Below are positions 36,080-44,379 of a stretch of 64,000 nucleotides of DNA, piece by piece. Position 1 is the stretch's first letter, and each line of letters begins with the position of its first letter. The notes under the pieces were generated by a model, which was given only the letters and a program-made list of their open reading frames with translations, was not told the origin of the DNA and did not search any database. Made by a program: the position numbers and the translations under genes. Origin of the DNA: a virus; the IMG/VR virus record IMGVR_UViG_3300040801_003310, positions 6,657 through 70,656 of that record. One strand, written 5' to 3'.

Positions 36080-36796
36080 TTGGCAAAACAAAACAGAAAA
36101 CGTAATACGCAACAAAACAACAGCATCAATTTTAACGAAGCTGTAAAAACGAAACTACGTGAGACAGTTTTAATACCAAAAACGAGAAATCAAGAAAGGT
36201 ACATAGTAAGTTTGTTAGACGACGATAAAGATATTGTTATAGCATATGGCCCTGCAGGAACAGGAAAAACATACCTAGCAATGCAGGCAGCAATTAAAAG
36301 TTTACGACAAGGAAAATGCGAAAGAATTGTATTAACTAGACCCGCAGTGGGAGTGGAAGACGAAAAGCACGGGTTTTTACCAGGCACATTAGAAGAAAAA
36401 ATGGCGCCATGGACTCGACCGCTATTAGACGTTCTAAGAGAATATTACACACCACCTGAAATTCAGAAAATGCTAGAAAACCAAATAGTTGAAATTTCAC
36501 CCCTAGCGTTTATGCGTGGGCGTACATTTAAAGATGCATGGATCATCGGTGATGAAATGCAAAATGCTACGCCAGGTCAAATGAAAATGCTTTTAACTCG
36601 CATTGGTGAAGGAAGTAAAATTGTTGTTACAGGAGACGTCGAGCAAACCGATAAAAAGAAAGCTGATAATGGCCTACTTGATCTATGCGGAAGACTCCAA
36701 GAATGCATACCTAATGCATTCTCTCTATGTAATTTAGATATTAAAGATATACAGCGACACCCTACCATTGAAACAGTTTTAAAAATATATGCCTAA
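36080..36796 (+). CDS. phoH: PhoH-family ATPase
   Basis: GPAGTGKT, LTRPAV, GFLPG, FMRGRTF, DEMQN, LTRIG, GDVEQ; TTG start, AAGGAG SD, TAAATA at 36050. Confidence 0.95.
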   Translation: MAKQNRKRNTQQNNSINFNEAVKTKLRETVLIPKTRNQERYIVSLLDDDKDIVIAYGPAGTGKTYLAMQAAIKSLRQGKCERIVLTRPAVGVEDEKHGFLPGTLEEKMAPWTRPLLDVLREYYTPPEIQKMLENQIVEISPLAFMRGRTFKDAWIIGDEMQNATPGQMKMLLTRIGEGSKIVVTGDVEQTDKKKADNGLLDLCGRLQECIPNAFSLCNLDIKDIQRHPTIETVLKIYA

Positions 36797-36799
36797 GGA

Positions 36800-36836
36800 T
36801 AATGGGTTTGGTTCGTTAAATAAACCAAACCCATTA
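36800..36836. terminator. Bidirectional hairpin between convergent genes
   Basis: 14-bp inverted repeat TAATGGGTTTGGTT/AACCAAACCCATTA. Confidence 0.7.
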
Positions 36837-36841
36837 CTACT

Positions 36842-38281
36842 TTACACCCGGTCTCTAAGGCTAATAAGATAGCTCATGATTCCGCTGCCGAGTATTGCAA
36901 ACAAAGTTCCTGCAATAGTCAAAGTATTTCCACCATCGAAAAACTTTCCGTATAGATAGATAGGAAATCCAATTGAATAAGCTAAAACAATACCCCAAAA
37001 TATTCCTCGTTCGGTGATAATTTTTGGATTCATTAAATGCAACATCGTTGGCAACCAAATAGTTGCCCGCATAATACCATAGAATAAAAAGATTGTTAAT
37101 ATTGTCATTCCTGGCCAATTCGCTATAATAAGGGCCAAGACAATCATTACGAGCATTCCGGACCGTCCCCAAAACACCTCAGATTTGCTACTCTTAATCT
37201 TATTACGAACATCATGACCAAAGAGTGAAGCTGATGACGAAAGATGGCTGTCAAGGACTGACACCAATCCAGCGAACAATATAAAAACGAATAAAATTAA
37301 TGTCCAGCTAGGCAAATTTGCGCCAAGCGTAATAACAGTAGTCATTCCTACCGACTCGGGCGAAATATCTAATCCTTGACCAGCAGCAATAAATCCAAGC
37401 AAGCCGACAGAAACTGGAACAACAACAAACACCAATGCACTACCAGTAAATGCTGTTATAATTTTATCTTTCTTAATAGCAAACGCTCGTTGATAGAAAC
37501 TATTATCTCCCCAAAATGCACCAAGATGCCCTAGCGCCATTGAAAAACCAACTCCTAAAAAGAAATTTATAACAAATTCATTACCAAATAAAGAATCGCC
37601 TAATCCAGTAACGCCACCGAGTCCTGCTTGCAAAACATCAATTCCACCTGCATTAGAAATAACCCACGGTATAAAAATTGCCAATCCGGTCCAGAGAACA
37701 AAGATTTTAAAAATTTCTGTAACTACTGACGCTTTTAATCCATTTTGTATTACATATAGTAACGCAATACCAGATAATACAATTGTAGAAAAATGATAGT
37801 TTATTCCTGTTATTGTTTCGATTGTTTTTGCGCCCGCTAACGCATTTAATGCAAACGCGCATGTGGCTAATACCCAAACTTCAAGTAAAAATATGTTTTG
37901 TACTCTTCCACTAAATTTTTCTTTCATGTATCCTGAGATGGTAAACCCATCTGGTAAGTTATGTCTAATCTTCTTAGCGAAAATTCCAAATAGTACCATT
38001 GTTAGAGTATTTCCAACAGTGAACCAAAATAGACCAGCCAGTCCGCTTTGAAATGCCATCTGCGCAGATATGAAGATAGCCGGGGCCCAAGTCCAGGCTG
38101 CGCCGATGCTTAGTGCTCCTGCAAAGCCGCCGAGCTCTCGCCGAGCAACCAGGAAACTATTTTTATTTGCAGAGTAACCTTTTGCAAAATACCTAGTTAA
38201 CCCAAGCACCATTAAAAAATATACAAATAATATTCCCCATCCGACCCATTGCTCAAAAATCGGAAACCCGTTTATATTCAT
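36842..38281 (-). CDS. Sodium:solute symporter family (DUR3/PutP-like)
   Basis: About 13 TM helices; FLVARR, SIGAAWTWA, GLKASVVTE, YQRAFA, SVLDSHL. Confidence 0.85.
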   Translation of the reverse strand: MNINGFPIFEQWVGWGILFVYFLMVLGLTRYFAKGYSANKNSFLVARRELGGFAGALSIGAAWTWAPAIFISAQMAFQSGLAGLFWFTVGNTLTMVLFGIFAKKIRHNLPDGFTISGYMKEKFSGRVQNIFLLEVWVLATCAFALNALAGAKTIETITGINYHFSTIVLSGIALLYVIQNGLKASVVTEIFKIFVLWTGLAIFIPWVISNAGGIDVLQAGLGGVTGLGDSLFGNEFVINFFLGVGFSMALGHLGAFWGDNSFYQRAFAIKKDKIITAFTGSALVFVVVPVSVGLLGFIAAGQGLDISPESVGMTTVITLGANLPSWTLILFVFILFAGLVSVLDSHLSSSASLFGHDVRNKIKSSKSEVFWGRSGMLVMIVLALIIANWPGMTILTIFLFYGIMRATIWLPTMLHLMNPKIITERGIFWGIVLAYSIGFPIYLYGKFFDGGNTLTIAGTLFAILGSGIMSYLISLRDRV

Positions 38282-38880
38282 AGTTCTATTCCTTTTTTTA
38301 TAATTTCGTAGATCTCTGCCCAGTTTTTAACTCGTGGTATTTCTGGATGATCAAAATGCATAGTGTAACCATGCTCCATTAGAATTGGTTTTAACCCTAA
38401 TTCTAATCCGTCGGTAGCATTGGTTATACTATCTTCCAGCCAGTATAGCCCGGTTCCTTCAAACTTGGTAAGATACTCTTTTTTTGGAGATCCAATTGAC
38501 AAACACTCTACGTGATCGAATATTCCTGGTCCGAATACTTTATCTAAGTTCATTCTTCTAAGTTTACCGGCATGAGGATCTGAACTCATACTAGTAACAG
38601 CATGGAAAGTATATCCATGCTCTCTACTTAACTTACGAACATACTCGTGAGCATCCCTTAAAGCTGGAATAAACCCAATGGCTGCCGACTCGTTAAATTG
38701 CTCAACAAACGACATTGCATGTTCATCTGTAATGCCATATTGTTTTGCTAAACTCCAGAACAAGCCAGGGTCAACTACAGCGGGAGTATGCCCTTTAGAA
38801 TCCATCCATATATGGAAGGCATATTCCCAGTTTAGAAGTACGCCATCAACATCCGTCAGTATTAACTTTTTCGAGCTCAC
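38278..38880 (-). CDS. HAD-family 5'-nucleotidase
   Basis: LTDVDGVL, VTS, WLEDS. Confidence 0.8.
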   Translation of the reverse strand: MSSKKLILTDVDGVLLNWEYAFHIWMDSKGHTPAVVDPGLFWSLAKQYGITDEHAMSFVEQFNESAAIGFIPALRDAHEYVRKLSREHGYTFHAVTSMSSDPHAGKLRRMNLDKVFGPGIFDHVECLSIGSPKKEYLTKFEGTGLYWLEDSITNATDGLELGLKPILMEHGYTMHFDHPEIPRVKNWAEIYEIIKKGIEL

Positions 38881-39145
38881 TGGTAACCTCGTCTAGCAAT
38901 GCATACCCTGCTTCGAGAGTCTCAATAACTTTCCTATAATTCTGTTTATAAAAATTGCTAACTCGATCAAAATCCCTAGGGCCTGCCGCTAGGTCCGCCC
39001 GAAGCTTAACTATTTTTCTTTCTTTATAATCTAAAATAACCATGGCTCGAGTCATATGCTTATCTTTAAGTCGGGGCTCGATCGTTATCTTTTCGTTATA
39101 TTTGCCATCTGGCTGCTGAAGGTATTCTATTACTAGGTATCTCAT
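38846..39145 (-). CDS. Hypothetical protein
   Basis: 99 aa, coupled downstream of the clamp loader. Confidence 0.7.
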   Translation of the reverse strand: MRYLVIEYLQQPDGKYNEKITIEPRLKDKHMTRAMVILDYKERKIVKLRADLAAGPRDFDRVSNFYKQNYRKVIETLEAGYALLDEVTSELEKVNTDGC

Positions 39146-40080
39146 TAATCGTTTCCTTGTTTTGCTATTGTGATAAGTTTAACTAGTGTTGCACTTAAAT
39201 TTATTTCAGGATCAGCAACAAACGAATGGTTAACCAACCCGTCTCGAATTGCTAGAATTGCTGCATCTTGCTGTTCTTCTGTTTTGCCCCAAAGAGACAA
39301 ATTATCATACATCCAACGATATAGTCCTTCCATGTCTTCAGCCCTGACACTCGAGCAAAGCAATTCTCTCCCTTTAGTATACTTGCCTGTTTTAAATAAT
39401 TCAACCACTTCTATCTTTGAATCAATTGAACTGCCTTCGTCGCCGTGCGGTTTAACTAATGTTCCACTGGTAGAATTCATTTGTACCAAATTCAAGCATT
39501 TTCTTAAATCTGGATAAGTTGCCTTTACATATGTATCGAGTGTTTCTATTTCAAATTCAATATCTTCATACAATAAAACCTGGGCTACTCGAGCAGTAAA
39601 CTCAACTTGATCTAGTCTGTCAATATGAAAACCTTGACATCTTGAATGCAATGCAGGAATAATGCGATTTGGGTAATTACATGTTAATATAAACCTAGCC
39701 GATGCATGATATGTTTCCATTACTCCGCGAAGTGCAGCCTGTCCGTTAGGGCTAATATAATCGGCCTCATCTAACAATACCACTTTAAAGTCACCAAATG
39801 GCATTGTTTGTACGAATCCAGTAATTTTATCCCGGATGGTATCAACACTATTCTCGCGAGAAGCGTTAATCTCTAGTACATCGTACTCGTCTATACCAAC
39901 TTCATTGATTAGAATTTTTGCTAGTGTAGTTTTACCGGTGCCGGCTGCACCCGAGAATAACAAATGCGGAATTGCCTTTTCTTTAATCCAGGCTTGTATT
40001 TGTTTCTTTTGTTCTTCGTCACGAAAAACATACCCATCAATGGTATTAGGACGATATGACTCAACCCATAACTCTCTCAT
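39145..40080 (-). CDS. Clamp loader ATPase (gp44/RFC small subunit)
   Basis: WVESYRP, GAAGTGKT, INAS, LDEAD, SRC motif. Confidence 0.92.
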   Translation of the reverse strand: MRELWVESYRPNTIDGYVFRDEEQKKQIQAWIKEKAIPHLLFSGAAGTGKTTLAKILINEVGIDEYDVLEINASRENSVDTIRDKITGFVQTMPFGDFKVVLLDEADYISPNGQAALRGVMETYHASARFILTCNYPNRIIPALHSRCQGFHIDRLDQVEFTARVAQVLLYEDIEFEIETLDTYVKATYPDLRKCLNLVQMNSTSGTLVKPHGDEGSSIDSKIEVVELFKTGKYTKGRELLCSSVRAEDMEGLYRWMYDNLSLWGKTEEQQDAAILAIRDGLVNHSFVADPEINLSATLVKLITIAKQGND

Positions 40081-40316
40081 TTTTTCCCCTGAAGTTTATT
40101 AAACACCAATTCTTTCATAATAGGATTTTCGTATGGCTCACGAGTCACTTCTGTTGTAACTTTAAGTCGACCGGCGCCTCGACATATTAGACAAACGGTG
40201 TGATGATATTCATACTCGCCAACGTGATAGTCGACAAGTTCTTGTCTAGTGTTTGATCCAGTACCTTTGCACTCGGTACAAAGAATAATTTCTACAGTTT
40301 TGGTCTTGTTGGCCAT
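40077..40316 (-). CDS. DnaJ-type Zn-finger small protein
   Basis: CTECKGTG and CLICRGAG. Confidence 0.7.
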   Translation of the reverse strand: MANKTKTVEIILCTECKGTGSNTRQELVDYHVGEYEYHHTVCLICRGAGRLKVTTEVTREPYENPIMKELVFNKLQGKK

Positions 40317-40321
40317 TAAAA

Positions 40322-40363
40322 ACCTCTTGATGTTATTTTATAATAACAACGCCAAGAGGTCAA
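40322..40363 (-). promoter_or_regulatory. Sigma70 promoter embedded in an SD-sequestering hairpin
   Basis: TTGACC-N17-TAAAAT; stems ACCTCTTG/CAAGAGGT and TGTTATT/AATAACA. Confidence 0.7.
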
Positions 40364-40372
40364 TTTATTTGA

Positions 40373-40648
40373 TTACTTCATTAAGTAGGCAGTGCCAAAA
40401 ATTATTGCAAGTACAAGAAAAGAAACAGCTAATGGTACCCAATCAATACTAACCGGGCCGTGATCTTCTTCTAGATCCAACTCCTTGCTTTTTTCTTGTT
40501 CTCTAATATAATCTTGATACGCAATAACTTCGGTAATTAAGATATTCTTTTTCTTGCGGAGATCTACTTCTAAGTCCCATGTCTCTTTAGCAAATTCTGC
40601 AATTTGCGATTTGGTCATTTGTGCTAATTCTTCTCTAGTCTTATACAT
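40373..40648 (-). CDS. Membrane-anchored protein with Rho-N/HeH-like N-terminus
   Basis: EELAQMTKSQIAEFAKE...KKNILI; C-terminal TM; start reassigned. Confidence 0.6.
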   Translation of the reverse strand: MYKTREELAQMTKSQIAEFAKETWDLEVDLRKKKNILITEVIAYQDYIREQEKSKELDLEEDHGPVSIDWVPLAVSFLVLAIIFGTAYLMK

Positions 40649-40649
40649 T

Positions 40650-41066
40650 TCAATCTCTCTGCGTTCCATCATTATGAAGTGACCCGTCGATAATACGTCT
40701 ATCGGATTGTCCAACAACTGCTGTTGACCATGTTTCATCAACTTGAGGTTCATTACTTACTAACAAAATATCATTGTTATCAATCATTCGCAATACAACA
40801 TCTTCGCCGTTGACATCCATTGTGACGCCACGAGTCCATCGTCCATGTGCCACTAAGACATACTCTCCTACTGCTACATCATGTTGCTCTGGGCCTACAG
40901 CAAATACTCTTCCCCAACGTGGGCGAATACCTGTTGATTTTGTATCATCACTAGGAATTATAATTCCGCCGGACGAAAGCCTTTCACTAAATTCCATATC
41001 TGCAACCAGAATACGATCTCTTAGCGGACGAATATGCTTAGCATGATATTTTGTTATTGATGCCAT
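40650..41066 (-). CDS. groES: Co-chaperonin GroES
   Basis: IRPLRDRILV, SSGGIIIP, GRVFAVGP, VAVGEYV. Confidence 0.88.
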   Translation of the reverse strand: MASITKYHAKHIRPLRDRILVADMEFSERLSSGGIIIPSDDTKSTGIRPRWGRVFAVGPEQHDVAVGEYVLVAHGRWTRGVTMDVNGEDVVLRMIDNNDILLVSNEPQVDETWSTAVVGQSDRRIIDGSLHNDGTQRD

Positions 41067-41076
41067 TATTTTACCT

Positions 41077-41679
41077 TTAAATCTTCTTAACGCCGTCGAC
41101 CCCACGAGCTTCTTCTCTTGGAGTTTTTAGTGGTTCTTGTTTAACCTCTCTGGCCTTAGCAATTGCTGCTGCTAACCCTTTTGGTTTTGATACCTCATCA
41201 ATTACTTTTTCGAGCAACTCGTTTGACACTTCATCAACTGGTGTTGGTACCACTGGTTGTGGTGATGCAATTTCTGGTTGTGGCTTGACAACAGGCGGTG
41301 TAGGTGGTAGTGTTTTAGCAACAGGTTTTGGCATTGGTGCTGCTGGTTTTGGTTGCACCACTGGTTGGCTAACTTCAACTACCGGCTGCTTTTGTTCGGT
41401 TTCAACATACTGACTTTCGATATACTTTCTTGCGATATTCTTGGCAGCTTTAATAGAGTTCATAACCGGCGCATCCTGAACCAAATTTTCAATTTGGCGG
41501 CGACCGCCTTTGGACGGTCTTCTGGTATTTGTTGCAACCGTTTCGTTTAGTTGATTTTCTTTGCGATTTTTGCCCTTTGCTAAATTGCCAACAGGTTGCG
41601 TTTTTTCATTTCGTAATACAAGCTCATCCATATTCAATGGTTTGCCTTGTAGTGTCTTTACTATGTTCTTTTTGGACAT
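41077..41679 (-). CDS. Pro/Val-rich hypothetical late protein
   Basis: TAAATA plus AGGAG upstream; low-complexity linker. Confidence 0.7.
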   Translation of the reverse strand: MSKKNIVKTLQGKPLNMDELVLRNEKTQPVGNLAKGKNRKENQLNETVATNTRRPSKGGRRQIENLVQDAPVMNSIKAAKNIARKYIESQYVETEQKQPVVEVSQPVVQPKPAAPMPKPVAKTLPPTPPVVKPQPEIASPQPVVPTPVDEVSNELLEKVIDEVSKPKGLAAAIAKAREVKQEPLKTPREEARGVDGVKKI

Positions 41680-41708
41680 TTACTTGCTCCTAGTAATATG
41701 CGTATTTA

Positions 41709-42224
41709 TTATCGTAGGAACTCACCAGGATCCAAATCATAATATATCGAGTTAATTCTATGTACTTTCATTTTATACAATATGAAGCTAGCTACCGAAC
41801 TGCCTCGGCCAACACCCCAGACAATATTATTCAATTCCATTAAATCAACCAAATACTTTAAATATCTGAGCAAATCAAATAACCCACGCTCTTGGTACAT
41901 TAGCAGCTCACGACCGCAGCGTTGCAACTCAACTTCGTTTTCGCATAGGTCTAATATATACTTTGCAATATCTAATTCTTTATACTCGTCTGGCATCCAC
42001 CAATCAGTCTGACAAATTCGGTCAAATTCTTCTACACTCAACCCGTTGTCAACATATGATACTAGTGCGTTGTATCCAACTAGTAGATTTGTCCTAGACA
42101 AATCATGCATCGGATTCTCAATCAAAAACGGTCCTGGCTTTTCTACTGAGTCTGGAAGTTTATTTAAAACATCAAAAACTTCTTCTTCAGTAAAAACGTG
42201 TTGCCCGTAACGATCAATCTTCAT
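41709..42224 (-). CDS. Stand-alone DNA polymerase III alpha (DnaE)-like fragment
   Basis: LLRYLKYLVD...WGVGRGSSVASFILY...HRINS...EFL matches the DnaE GxGRGS segment; start reassigned to MKIDRY. Confidence 0.75.
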   Translation of the reverse strand: MKIDRYGQHVFTEEEVFDVLNKLPDSVEKPGPFLIENPMHDLSRTNLLVGYNALVSYVDNGLSVEEFDRICQTDWWMPDEYKELDIAKYILDLCENEVELQRCGRELLMYQERGLFDLLRYLKYLVDLMELNNIVWGVGRGSSVASFILYKMKVHRINSIYYDLDPGEFLR

Positions 42225-42894
42225 CTTTGTTTTTATTTCGTCTTGTTTTGAAATGAACGATGTTACTTTTGCCGTCCGCTGGTGATGACGGGGTAGGATC
42301 AAATAGGCCGTCGACTTCATAATCCTCGTCAGCATCCCAATGCAAGTCCATATCTACCCAGTCGAGGTCGGGCACGAACTCTGATACTTCTTCTTCGGTT
42401 GTTAACGTAACAAACCTAGGAGCAGGATCATTCCACCAATATATTACTTCATCAGATAATATACGTCCAATCTCAGTTTCTTCAAAATCGTCATCGTCCT
42501 GGTATGAATATACATACTCGATATGACGTCCGAGTTCCGATGAAATTGAACTCGTTGTAATATAGAAAGTGTCCTCAATAACCGAATTAAGTTTTGCTGT
42601 TAGAACAAATTGTATAATTTGATCCACCGGACCAGGTTGTGGGACTGTTAGTACCGGAATCCCTGCTTGCGCATATTTTAATATAACGTCAGTCTCATCT
42701 TCAACAACAAAAATTGAATTCGCTGCTATTTCATTGATTACATAGGACATCCGATCAAATGCAACATTGTGATCTATATCATTGTCGGTTGTTGGAAACA
42801 ATTCCAATTTTAGTGTATAGCGGTTAAACTTTAACGATCCATTTAGATGGATACCAGATAAGAATTCAAAACTATATTTAATACTAGTGCTCAT
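42214..42894 (-). CDS. Hypothetical protein (possibly degenerate T-fold)
   Basis: 226 aa with acidic tail. Confidence 0.65.
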   Translation of the reverse strand: MSTSIKYSFEFLSGIHLNGSLKFNRYTLKLELFPTTDNDIDHNVAFDRMSYVINEIAANSIFVVEDETDVILKYAQAGIPVLTVPQPGPVDQIIQFVLTAKLNSVIEDTFYITTSSISSELGRHIEYVYSYQDDDDFEETEIGRILSDEVIYWWNDPAPRFVTLTTEEEVSEFVPDLDWVDMDLHWDADEDYEVDGLFDPTPSSPADGKSNIVHFKTRRNKNKDED

Positions 42895-43130
42895 GATATG
42901 TCGATTTTCCCTTGGTGGTTGTTGCCGTCACCGTTAAATAGTTCATTAACCATTTCTAGTTGTGCCCTAGAATAGCTTTCATATACCATCTGTAGTTGAT
43001 TAATCATTGGCTGATTACCAGTGCGGTATGCAAAATTTAGTCGAGTAACTATGTCACGTATTTTATTTTGTATCTCTTCAAGTGTATGCTCTTTTTTTAA
43101 CTGAGCAACATTTAATGATGGGTGTTCCAT
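42891..43130 (-). CDS. Hypothetical protein
   Basis: 79 aa helical protein, MEHP start. Confidence 0.7.
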   Translation of the reverse strand: MEHPSLNVAQLKKEHTLEEIQNKIRDIVTRLNFAYRTGNQPMINQLQMVYESYSRAQLEMVNELFNGDGNNHQGKIDIS

Positions 43131-43153
43131 AGTTGATACACTCTTTGTTCGAT

Positions 43154-43558
43154 TTAAAGATCGCCTTCTTTACGATTCTCTGAATGGTGTACTTCAAACT
43201 TTCCACCAGGATAACGACTCTCAAGTTTTTCAACGTTTTCGTCGATTAGTTCTTGCATTTCATGATCTAATGCAATACAAGCAACCATAACGTAAAACAA
43301 GATATCGCCAAGCTCACGCATCAAGTGGTATCGGTTTTCTTCAGTTAGCTCCTTGCCTTGCCACTGGATCTTCTTAACAATCTCCATGAACTCACCGGCT
43401 TCGGCTGCCATACCATCTGCTGCTGTTAGCAGAGCTGGGATATTGATATTTGAATGCTTAGTATGCAATGCCTGTAAACGAGCAACCATTGCTTCAAAGT
43501 TTTTGCTTTCTTCGGATAGTAATCCGCGAACAAATTCTTTATAAGTTAAAAGGTCCAT
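43154..43558 (-). CDS. mazG: MazG-like NTP pyrophosphohydrolase
   Basis: AEAGEFMEIVKK, RELGDILFY, NVEKLESRYP. Confidence 0.88.
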   Translation of the reverse strand: MDLLTYKEFVRGLLSEESKNFEAMVARLQALHTKHSNINIPALLTAADGMAAEAGEFMEIVKKIQWQGKELTEENRYHLMRELGDILFYVMVACIALDHEMQELIDENVEKLESRYPGGKFEVHHSENRKEGDL

Positions 43559-43581
43559 ATATACTCCTAGTCTAGACTGTT

Positions 43582-43610
43582 AGTATATAGTGGACCTGCT
43601 ATGTAGTCAA
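43582..43610 (-). promoter_or_regulatory. Sigma70 promoter
   Basis: TTGACT-N17-TATACT upstream of mazG. Confidence 0.7.
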
Positions 43611-43622
43611 ATAGTTTGGCTA

Positions 43623-44354
43623 TTACCAAGTTGCGGCTGCAGAACGAACCCAAATTGGTGTGACCCCATCATAATCGGCAATGCAAACATAAATGTGGCT
43701 TGCGTCGCCGACTACCATTCCTTTTGTATCGCCTGCCTCACCTACTGTTGTTGGTGGTACTACAGTACGACGTGTTGTATATAAATGGTCAACAAGATAC
43801 ATTTCTGTTGCTTGCGATGAAGTGACAAACTCAAATAGATAATCGCCTGGTGGGAGATCAAATTCTTTAGTTGCATTATTGAAATAACGGACGCTTACCC
43901 CGTTCAAAATGGTTGCTGGTGTATCCAAAACAATGTTCCAGGTTGACGAAATTACATTTAACTCAACCATAATCGATGTATGTGTATTAGATGCGGGAAT
44001 ATTGGAAAATGCCAATATGATATCACCGCTAACTTCTAATTTATGATAGGACCCTTGCGATTGATCCAATGTCGTTGAGCCAGTGGAGACCGAACCATAA
44101 TTAACCAATTTCAAACGAGGATTAAGAAGAGTTGGGAATCTCAAATCAACACCATCTAGGTCGTTGTCCAGTGACTCACCTGTTATTGCTGCTTTGAGCA
44201 CTGATTTTTGGTGCAGTTCGTTAATTTCATCCCTAACCGTTTCAAAGTTAGTTTTAATATTGGTAAAATTATCACGAAAGCCTTGACTATCGTTATCTTG
44301 ACCAGCAATCGGATATGCTGTATCAATTGTATTCGGGTTTACTGTAGAGGCCAT
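43623..44354 (-). CDS. Virion structural (baseplate/tail-associated) protein
   Basis: GQDNDSQGFRDNF N-terminus; C-terminal YVCIADYDG...W module; TAAATA upstream. Confidence 0.7.
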   Translation of the reverse strand: MASTVNPNTIDTAYPIAGQDNDSQGFRDNFTNIKTNFETVRDEINELHQKSVLKAAITGESLDNDLDGVDLRFPTLLNPRLKLVNYGSVSTGSTTLDQSQGSYHKLEVSGDIILAFSNIPASNTHTSIMVELNVISSTWNIVLDTPATILNGVSVRYFNNATKEFDLPPGDYLFEFVTSSQATEMYLVDHLYTTRRTVVPPTTVGEAGDTKGMVVGDASHIYVCIADYDGVTPIWVRSAAATW

Positions 44355-44379
44355 TTATATCTCCGTTATTTGCTTATAT

